Below, in pieces: positions 55,646-62,720 of a stretch of DNA of 62,720 nt (position 1 is its first letter; every line of letters starts with the position of its first letter). The notes beneath the pieces are model-generated. The model saw only the letters and a list, made by a program, of their open reading frames with translations. It made no database searches and had not been told where the DNA came from. The stretch lies in the NCBI GenBank assembly GCA_964619365.1, contig CAZUDQ010000005.1, forward strand, positions 1-62,720, read 5' to 3'. The position numbers and the translations under genes are program-made. This stretch comes from an uncultured archaeon (GTDB lineage: Archaea; Altiarchaeota; Altiarchaeia; JAFGQM01).

Positions 55646-56105
55646 ACCTAAACTGGTTTCTGGAGAAAGGAAGCGTGAAGTGCAAAGGATAATCCTCGCA
55701 ACGCTTCCAGTCATTCTTTCTGTATTACTTTTATTTTTCCCTGAGCTTGGGCTTTCAATCTTCCCGCTCGCCTTATTCTTCGCCCTTGGAGCACTCATAG
55801 GCGCTATGGGTCATTATATGTGGATAGGTACATTACTTGAAGAACATGAGTTCTACGAAAAATACTATAATGACTATGTGAATTCGCCTGGAAACAACAA
55901 TGTGGCCCAGATAAAGACCCACGCGAGAAATCATCTGTCGCTTTATATCTACGGAATAATCGTCGCTGTTGCGATAATTTCAGTATTCATCTATTTCGGC
56001 CTAAATCAGAATTATCTCATGCCTTTGATGCTGGGTTCTCTTGAAGGTGTTCCGATAAGCGTATACCTTATTCTTGGGACAATACATCCAAACAGGATAA
56101 AATAG
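55605..56105 (+). CDS. Hypothetical multi-pass membrane protein
   Basis: About 4 hydrophobic helices; overlaps the 3' end of L44e, so the start is uncertain. Confidence 0.65.
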   Translation: MTEAKKSQKSPKDKPKLVSGERKREVQRIILATLPVILSVLLLFFPELGLSIFPLALFFALGALIGAMGHYMWIGTLLEEHEFYEKYYNDYVNSPGNNNVAQIKTHARNHLSLYIYGIIVAVAIISVFIYFGLNQNYLMPLMLGSLEGVPISVYLILGTIHPNRIK

Positions 56106-56107
56106 GA

Positions 56108-56254
56108 ATGGAGAAAAAATACTTCAGATGCAGTGTATGTGGGGATATCCACTTTGGAATAGCCGGCCCGGCACTCTGCCCGACTTGCCAAAAGAAAAAC
56201 ACCTACGTAGAGATAGATGAGAAAGAGGCGATTTTTGCAATGAACCTCAGATAA
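56108..56254 (+). CDS. Small rubredoxin-like protein (48 aa)
   Basis: Manual translation MEKKYFRCSVCGDIHFGIAGPALCPTCQKKNTYVEIDEKEAIFAMNLR*; two CxxC motifs; TAATG overlap with the next gene. Confidence 0.8.
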   Translation: MEKKYFRCSVCGDIHFGIAGPALCPTCQKKNTYVEIDEKEAIFAMNLR

Positions 56255-56520
56255 TGGAAAAATCTGAAATAATCTCTCTTTGGGAAAAATTCGCTAAGGA
56301 AAAGGGCGTGTCCTTAAATCCTGATAAAAAACAGGTTGAAGCTATTGCAACAGGCGTCCTTAAGAACGAAAAGGAAAGGGGTTATCGCTTCTGTCCATGC
56401 CGTTTTAATGACGGCACAAATGCGAGCATGGTTGCAAACCTTTGTCCATGTGATTTTGAATCCCAGGACGTCTGGAAAACGCAAGGGAGATGTTGGTGCG
56501 GGCTTTTTGTTAAAACTTAA
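56254..56520 (+). CDS. Ferredoxin:thioredoxin reductase catalytic-subunit-like protein
   Basis: LNPD, GYRFCPCR, CPC, GRCWCGLFV. Confidence 0.88.
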   Translation: MEKSEIISLWEKFAKEKGVSLNPDKKQVEAIATGVLKNEKERGYRFCPCRFNDGTNASMVANLCPCDFESQDVWKTQGRCWCGLFVKT

Positions 56521-56563
56521 ATTAAATAAATTTCTTTTTCTTGTCCTTGTCGTAAAATAAGCT

Positions 56564-58300
56564 ATGCCCGAAGTCGTAGGTTTTGTACATGGAGAAGTCA
56601 AGCCCACATCATTTGATATTCTTGTTGAAAACAAGAGACTTGCCGAAAACGGAGTTTACATAAAAATCCACCACGAGATGTACGGCTGGGTATTGGGTCA
56701 AATTTCATATATCAGGCGAAACTGGGACGACAGGCGCGGAGTGGAAAAAATTCTCGCAAGAGTGCGTATCATTGGTTATAAAGACGCCCAGGGCATAATC
56801 CGACTCCCAAAGACGCCATTTAAGCCTGAAGAAAGAGTATTTCGCGCACATCAGGCCCTTACAAAAAGCATATTAGGCCTTGACAACTGCGGCGCCGCGG
56901 GACTTTATGTGGGGACTCTTGACGGCGAAGATGGCATAAAGGTCTTTTTAGACGCAAATAAGCTCATCCAAAAACACTTATCTGTACTTGCAAAAACAGG
57001 TGCGGGAAAATCATACACAGTAGGCGTCCTTTTAGAAGAGCTTGCAGACAAGGAAGTACCTTGTGTCATAATAGACCCACATGGTGAGTACTATTCTCTT
57101 AAGGTGCCCAACAATAATCCAAAAGATATGGAAAAGTTCGCGCGCTTTGGCGTTTCCCCAAAAGGCTTTGGGAATGTAATGGAATATACACCCGACCTTT
57201 CAATAAACCCGCGCGCAGACCATGAGTTTAAGCTTTCAGACAAGAATATGGAGGCAAGAGAGATTCTTGACATCCTCCCAGTCTCAGTTACCGCAGGTCA
57301 GCAGGCCCTGTTATACCAAGCTGTAAATGAATTAAAAGGCGCCATTTCAGGCGATTATAACCTTGAATATATCATCGGGCACTTGCAGCTTTCAGACACT
57401 AACGCAAAGTGGGGGCTTATTGCTGGCATGCAATCTCTTCTTGACACAAACATATTCTCCAGTGACAGCGTAACCCTTGAAGATATCGCCAAAAAGGGTC
57501 AGATGACAATAATCAATTTAAAAGGCATAAAGCCCGAGATGCAGGAGCTTGTTGTCGCAAAGCTCGCAAAAGATCTTTTTGCTGCAAGAAAGCAGGATAA
57601 AGTGCCTGCATTTTTCATGCTTATTGAAGAAGCACACAGGTTCTGCCCTGAACGGGGTGTCGGAACCGCGATGAGCCTTCCAATCCTGCGGACAGTAGCT
57701 GCCGAAGGGCGAAAGTTTGGCATGGGGCTTGGAATTGTCACACAGCGTCCGGCAAAGGTTGATAAAAACGTTCTTTCTCAGGCAAACACCCAGATAATAC
57801 TTAAGGTCACAAACCCCAACGACATAAATGCGATATCAAAAAGCCTTGAGAATTTCACACCGGAACTCGAGGACATGATGAAAAACCTCGTTATGGGAAC
57901 GGCACTTCTTTCTTCAGAAAACCTTGAGCGGCCAGTTTTAACAAATATTCGCGTCAGACGCTCAATGCACGGCGGGGCGGCTGTCGACCTCATAAAGACC
58001 CGCGCTGCCAGTAAAGGGATAATAGTTCCTAAGAAATCCAGTCCACCTGCTCAAGAGGAAAAATCGGAAGGGATTGGGGCAAACATCATAAAAAAGGTGC
58101 CATTTGTCGGTAATAAGGACTCAAATAAATCTGACGCGCCAATAAGCCAGGAGGCTCGCGAAAGGGAAGAATGGAAGGAGAACCTAACGCCCGATGAGAT
58201 GGACTATCTTAAGGCAGAAAAAAAGACTGGCATAACTGTGCGCTCAAGATTTATCTATAAGATAAAGGGATTCTTTATTGAAGAGGACGAAGATTTCTAA
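56564..58300 (+). CDS. HerA/DUF87-family helicase-like ATPase
   Basis: N-terminal HAS-barrel-like region, HLSVLAKTGAGKS, IDPHGEY, IEEAHRF, EGRKFG, TQRPAK. Confidence 0.9.
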   Translation: MPEVVGFVHGEVKPTSFDILVENKRLAENGVYIKIHHEMYGWVLGQISYIRRNWDDRRGVEKILARVRIIGYKDAQGIIRLPKTPFKPEERVFRAHQALTKSILGLDNCGAAGLYVGTLDGEDGIKVFLDANKLIQKHLSVLAKTGAGKSYTVGVLLEELADKEVPCVIIDPHGEYYSLKVPNNNPKDMEKFARFGVSPKGFGNVMEYTPDLSINPRADHEFKLSDKNMEAREILDILPVSVTAGQQALLYQAVNELKGAISGDYNLEYIIGHLQLSDTNAKWGLIAGMQSLLDTNIFSSDSVTLEDIAKKGQMTIINLKGIKPEMQELVVAKLAKDLFAARKQDKVPAFFMLIEEAHRFCPERGVGTAMSLPILRTVAAEGRKFGMGLGIVTQRPAKVDKNVLSQANTQIILKVTNPNDINAISKSLENFTPELEDMMKNLVMGTALLSSENLERPVLTNIRVRRSMHGGAAVDLIKTRAASKGIIVPKKSSPPAQEEKSEGIGANIIKKVPFVGNKDSNKSDAPISQEAREREEWKENLTPDEMDYLKAEKKTGITVRSRFIYKIKGFFIEEDEDF

Positions 58301-59094
58301 GAGAGCTGCTCCATTAGAGTAATAAGCGTCCTTGCCGCAGTTACACTGGTTATATTCCCCTTGTCGTAAGGGGGGCTTGTCTCGACTATATCAAAACCCA
58401 CGATATTCTTGATTTTCTTAAGTTCGCGAGTCAGTTCCTGGATTATTATCCCGCCAGGTTCAGGTGTCCCGACGCCGGGGCAGTGTCCAGGTTCAATAAC
58501 ATCCATGTCTATTGAAATGTAAGTGGGCTTTTTAGAATCAAGTTTTTTTGGAAGGAGTTTTGCCTGGGCTTTTTCCTCATCAGTTCCAGTCCTGACTCCG
58601 AATTGCACGATACTTGCTGTTGCGTCCTCAAAGACTCGGCGCATGACCGTTGTATGACTCCATTTTTCCCCCAGGTATTCGTCCATGAGGTCGGGATGAG
58701 CGTCAAAATGTGCGACCTGTAAATCTTTATGCACCCCTGCAAGGAGCTTTATCGGGATATATGATGCGGAATGCTCACCCCCCAGGGTTATTGGGATTAT
58801 GTTCTTGTTTTCTTCGAGGATTTGGGTTAATTCCAGTTCCTGTCGGCGCATAGTCTCAATGAGGTTACAGGGTGCGCAAACTAAGTTGCCGGCATCAAAA
58901 AAGCCTGAATTACTCCAGAACGATTCGGGTTTGTCAAGTTCAAGGAACTCACGGCGTATCTGGTAGGGACCTTCCTTAGTCCCTGCGCGATAACTGCAGG
59001 TAGAATCAAAGGGAAAGCCCAAAATGGCAAATTTTGAATCGTTTAGGCTGCGCGTTTCTTCGAGAACCAGGTTCTTGTCAAGATATATTCCCAT
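58297..59094 (-). CDS. speB: Agmatinase / arginase-family ureohydrolase
   Basis: GFPFDST, LGGEHS, FDAHPD, SIDMDV, PGVGTPEPGG, FDIVE. Confidence 0.9.
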   Translation of the reverse strand: MGIYLDKNLVLEETRSLNDSKFAILGFPFDSTCSYRAGTKEGPYQIRREFLELDKPESFWSNSGFFDAGNLVCAPCNLIETMRRQELELTQILEENKNIIPITLGGEHSASYIPIKLLAGVHKDLQVAHFDAHPDLMDEYLGEKWSHTTVMRRVFEDATASIVQFGVRTGTDEEKAQAKLLPKKLDSKKPTYISIDMDVIEPGHCPGVGTPEPGGIIIQELTRELKKIKNIVGFDIVETSPPYDKGNITSVTAARTLITLMEQLS

Positions 59095-59167
59095 AGTTGT
59101 AATTGGTAGTTTTTTGTCCTTTGCTTAAAAAATAGATTTATAGCTCTTATTATACTCCTTAAGTAAC

Positions 59168-60139
59168 TTATGGCTTCTCTAATACATACACTCTTCTGGT
59201 AAGGGATTTGTGAACGTAAATATCATATTCCCCAATGGCCTTGAATCCAACACTCGCATATGCGATTCTTGCATCATGAGGGAGTGCCATTACAAGTCGG
59301 CCGCCTGATTTTAAGGCATTATATGCCGATGCAATGAATTTTGAGTACAAGTCTAAAAGCTCACGGTTAAACATCTTTGAAGCGCGCGCATACGGTGGGT
59401 CTGAGACTATGGCGTCAAGCTCCCTGTCTGGTATCTCTGTGGCATCCCCCTCTTCGAGTTTGGCAGACAAGCCATAATAAGAAAGGTTCTTGTTTGAACC
59501 ATAAAGCATCTTTTTGTCAAGATCGCGGCCTATTGCCTTAAAGCCTATCTCCTTGGCTTCAATCAAAATTGAGCCTGAACCGCAGAAAGGGTCAAGGACG
59601 CATCCGCCTTTTGGTATTGCCGCAAGATTAAGAAAGAGGCGCGCAAGCTTTGGAGAAAGGGAAAGTGGATGGAAAAACGGACGGGCGTTGGGGTCGCGCG
59701 AGGAAAAATCACTTGAACCTATACGATTTGTGGATACTACTATTGTGTCGCCAAATGAAATGCAGTATACAGGGATTTTTGGGTCGTTTAAGGATACTCC
59801 TGCATGGACTGATTCATAGATTATCTCGCCAAGTTCCCGCTCTTTTTTCGAATTGTTGGGAAATCCTTTTGTGCGAACGCAGAAGGTATCGGATTTTTTA
59901 ATACCTATATCTAATAATACCTCGCTTATAGTGTTTGGGGACGCAAGTTTACAATCCAAAAAAGCCTCGTGTGAAAAGGATATTTGCGATACTGTCTCCT
60001 TGGGCACATTATTTTCAATGAGGAGAAGATTGTCATTCTTGGCGATTTTTTTGGGACACTTGCCAATAGAGGCATACAATGCGTCGATTTCCCCTTCTGC
60101 AAGGGCGGAGCACTCACCACTGAGCACAAAAGCAATCAT
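59168..60139 (-). CDS. tRNA m2G10 methyltransferase (Trm11/TrmG10, THUMP + SAM domain)
   Basis: RPFFHPLSLSPKLAR, LDPFCGSGS, DPPY, VHKSLTR. Confidence 0.9.
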   Translation of the reverse strand: MIAFVLSGECSALAEGEIDALYASIGKCPKKIAKNDNLLLIENNVPKETVSQISFSHEAFLDCKLASPNTISEVLLDIGIKKSDTFCVRTKGFPNNSKKERELGEIIYESVHAGVSLNDPKIPVYCISFGDTIVVSTNRIGSSDFSSRDPNARPFFHPLSLSPKLARLFLNLAAIPKGGCVLDPFCGSGSILIEAKEIGFKAIGRDLDKKMLYGSNKNLSYYGLSAKLEEGDATEIPDRELDAIVSDPPYARASKMFNRELLDLYSKFIASAYNALKSGGRLVMALPHDARIAYASVGFKAIGEYDIYVHKSLTRRVYVLEKP

Positions 60140-60159
60140 AATTAAAAAAACACTGGTAA

Positions 60160-62082
60160 ATGGCAGCTAACGAGAAAAAAATAAAGATTGAAATCAAGAA
60201 GAAGGATGAGAAGTCCGCAATAGAGCTTAATTCCTGGGAAGATTTTAGGACTACTTCTGAGATTGAAGTCCCAAAATTACTTGTTGACCAAATAATAGGC
60301 CAGGAGGACGCTGTCGAAATAATAACAAAGGCTGCCGCGCAAAGAAGAAACGTACTTTTAATCGGAGAACCTGGAACCGGAAAAAGCCTTCTTGGAAAAG
60401 CTATGTCAGAACTTCTGCCGGAAAAGGACCTTCAGGATGTTCTTGTTGTACCTAATCATGAAGACGAAGATAATCCTAAAATAAAGGTTGTCAAAGCTGG
60501 AGAAGGCTTGCAGGTGATGAAAAAGGCACGCTCGATAAACGGCCCTGGTGCCGGAAGCGGAATGTTTCTTACGATATTTTCCTTTGTCCTCCTCATGTAC
60601 CCATGGGTGCTTTACTGGATAACTGATATTGACCCTGTAATAATCGGCGCACAGATGATTGTTTCAATCGCCCTTGTCGCACTTATGGTCGTTGCACAAA
60701 AACTTGTAAAACAGGACAAGGCTGAACTTCCAAAACTTTTAATAAATAATGCCGGCGTTAAAAAACCGCCCTTTATCGAGGCAACAGGCGCGCACGCCGG
60801 AGCCCTACTTGGTGATGTCAAGCACGACCCCTTGCAATCAGGAGGTTTGGGGACACCAGCCCACAGAAGAGTAATCCCAGGACTTATACACAAGGCAAAT
60901 AAAGGAGTCCTTTTCATTGACGAGATAGGGACCATGGACTTAAAAGTCCAGCACGACCTCCTTTCAGCCATGCAGAATAAGAAGACAGCAATAACTGGGC
61001 GCAGTGAAATGAGTTCAGGTGCTATGGTCGTTACAGAACCTGTGCCCTGCGACTTTGTATTTATCGCGGCAGGAAACGCTGAGGTCTTAAAACACCTTCA
61101 CCCGGCGCTTCGCTCAAGGATACAGGGTTATGGTTATGAAGTATGGATGAAAAACACCATTCCAGACACAGATGACGCTAGAAAGCGTCTTGTGCAGTTT
61201 GTCGCTCAGGAAATCAAGAATGATGAGAAGATTCCGGACTTTTCAAAGGACGCTGTCGGTCAGATTATCCGTGAGGCTAAAAGAAGGGCTGGGCGAAAAG
61301 GAAGGCTCACACTACGTTTCCGTGAACTCGGCGGTCTTGTAAGGGCGGCTGGAGACTTAGCCGTAAAGAGAAATCATAAGATAGTATCAAAAAAGGATGT
61401 TAATGATGCAATGCGCGCATCCCGCACTCTTGAGGCTCAGGCGGCCGACCAGTACATAGAGTCAAGAAAGGAGTATGAAGTCATTAGAACTAAGGGGTCT
61501 GAGATAGGTCGTGTGAACGGTCTTGCAGTAATCGGCAACCGAGGTGGAATCGTCCTTCCGATAGCAGCCGAGTCAGTCCCGGCTTCAAGCCGAAATGAAG
61601 GTCGCGTTTTTGCAACAGGAAAATTGGGCGAAATAGCAACTGAGGCGGTCCAGAACGTTTCTGCCATAATCAAGAAATACGTTGGAAAGAACATCCGTGA
61701 TTATGATATACACATACAGTTCCTCCAGAGTTATGATGGAGTTGAAGGTGACTCAGCTTCAGTCTCTGTTGCCGTTGCAACACTCTCTGCCATTGAGGAC
61801 GTTCCCATACGTCAGGATGTCGCGATGACAGGCTCCCTTGACGTTCGCGGCGAAGTACTCCCTGTCGGGGGCATAACACCAAAAGTAGAAGCTGCAATAG
61901 AAGCTGGGGTAAAAAAGGTAATAATACCTGAGGCAAACCGCGGGGATCTTGTCCTTGACCTGAATAAGGAAGGCAAGATAAAAGTCGTCTACGCAAAGAC
62001 AATAGCTGATGTCTTAAAAGAAGGTCTTGTCGGCGGGGACAAAGTTCTTAAAAAAATCAGGAAGCAAGAACTACTAAATTAA
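60160..62082 (+). CDS. lonB: Archaeal membrane-anchored Lon protease (LonB)
   Basis: GEPGTGKS, two TM helices inserted in the AAA domain, FIDEI, GDSAS catalytic Ser, PVGGITPK. Confidence 0.96.
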   Translation: MAANEKKIKIEIKKKDEKSAIELNSWEDFRTTSEIEVPKLLVDQIIGQEDAVEIITKAAAQRRNVLLIGEPGTGKSLLGKAMSELLPEKDLQDVLVVPNHEDEDNPKIKVVKAGEGLQVMKKARSINGPGAGSGMFLTIFSFVLLMYPWVLYWITDIDPVIIGAQMIVSIALVALMVVAQKLVKQDKAELPKLLINNAGVKKPPFIEATGAHAGALLGDVKHDPLQSGGLGTPAHRRVIPGLIHKANKGVLFIDEIGTMDLKVQHDLLSAMQNKKTAITGRSEMSSGAMVVTEPVPCDFVFIAAGNAEVLKHLHPALRSRIQGYGYEVWMKNTIPDTDDARKRLVQFVAQEIKNDEKIPDFSKDAVGQIIREAKRRAGRKGRLTLRFRELGGLVRAAGDLAVKRNHKIVSKKDVNDAMRASRTLEAQAADQYIESRKEYEVIRTKGSEIGRVNGLAVIGNRGGIVLPIAAESVPASSRNEGRVFATGKLGEIATEAVQNVSAIIKKYVGKNIRDYDIHIQFLQSYDGVEGDSASVSVAVATLSAIEDVPIRQDVAMTGSLDVRGEVLPVGGITPKVEAAIEAGVKKVIIPEANRGDLVLDLNKEGKIKVVYAKTIADVLKEGLVGGDKVLKKIRKQELLN

Positions 62083-62141
62083 GTTCATTAAGTCATGTGT
62101 AAACGAGACTTAGGCTTAGAAAAAACAAAATGATATCTTCC

Positions 62142-62720
62142 TTAGAATATTGCTAAGGGGAATACCTGAAGCACAACCCAAATAAGAAGGACTATAATTA
62201 TAATTACTAGGACATTACCAAACATACCTACGCTAAAAAGACTTGCAGTCCCTCCAGCAAATCCTTTCATGTTCTTCTCAAACTTTTCACCAGCAAGAAG
62301 CTCGTCTTTTATCGCGTCCCTTTGCTTTGTTTTGAGTTCTCCTTCGGGGGAATCCAAAAATTTCTTAAAAAGATCTTGTTTATATTTGCTAAACTGCTCC
62401 TGAGTCATGTCGCCCCTTTCCACCATAACCTTGGCTTTATGGAGTTCTCCGTCGATATATGCGGCTGGACCTTGTGCATTAGGATGCTCATGAGAAATTG
62501 TTGCCACATGCTTTTTGGCTTGTTCGATAGCGCGCTTTTCAGTAGCCACCTTGCTGTTTGCTGCGTGGTTTTTTGCCGCCATTTCTGGAGTATATACTGC
62601 GGAGTTTATTTTATGCTGCGTGGGTTTTTTTACTTTTAGTGTAATATCTGGCTTTTGCGTTGGAAAGCTTTTTTTCTGGAATTTTTTGGGCTTGTCAAAG
62701 CTTTTTTTCTGGAATTTTTT
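62142..62720 (-). CDS. Hypothetical C-terminally membrane-anchored protein (5' end probably outside window)
   Basis: The frame of the 62142-62582 ORF stays open to 62720 (KKFQKKSFDKPKKFQKKSFPTQKP...TPE-MAAK); C-terminal TM helix. Confidence 0.65.
   Translation of the reverse strand, partial: KKFQKKSFDKPKKFQKKSFPTQKPDITLKVKKPTQHKINSAVYTPEMAAKNHAANSKVATEKRAIEQAKKHVATISHEHPNAQGPAAYIDGELHKAKVMVERGDMTQEQFSKYKQDLFKKFLDSPEGELKTKQRDAIKDELLAGEKFEKNMKGFAGGTASLFSVGMFGNVLVIIIIVLLIWVVLQVFPLAIF

Noticed and set aside
62660-62720. Edge repeat as the start of a CRISPR array
   Set aside because: The period is only 33 bp with a very short spacer, and it translates in frame with the adjacent ORF.
1-62720. Alternative genetic code or stop-codon readthrough
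   Set aside because: Conserved genes are full length under the standard code and end with TAA, TAG or TGA.

Overview
Archaeal chromosomal segment (standard genetic code). The evidence is PolD large subunit, Cdc6/Orc1, GINS, Rpo3/Rpo6/Rpo10, L18e/L44e, archaeal ThrS and LonB. Bacterial-type GAPDH, UvrABC, charged low-complexity tails on ribosomal proteins and a giant surface protein suggest a DPANN-like lineage (inference). The first 11.85 kb is one uninterrupted minus-strand ORF of more than 3,950 aa that runs off the left edge and is therefore absent from the ORF track. It encodes a secreted adhesin-like protein with GLUG, LamG-like, DUF2341-like and Gly-rich modules, several of them nested inside split Ig-like scaffold domains. 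The rest of the window, in order: gap, TatD, a tandem pair of basic JAB/MPN-like paralogues, uvrA-uvrC-uvrB, an LRR protein, polC-cdc6-ncs6, ppsA, a KaiC-like ATPase divergent from a type IV pilus locus, two different mevalonate-kinase-family genes with IDI-2 and RNase J, thrS, the S13-S4-S11-rpoD-tRNA-Leu-L18e-L13-S9-rpoN-tRNA-Pro-rpoK-S2 superoperon, a K+ channel, thioredoxin, GINS-L44e, a rubredoxin-like/FTR pair, HerA, agmatinase, Trm11 and LonB. Three tRNAs (Cys, Pro, Leu) are present. No CRISPR array or mobile element was seen. All calls come from reading motifs by eye; no searches were run.
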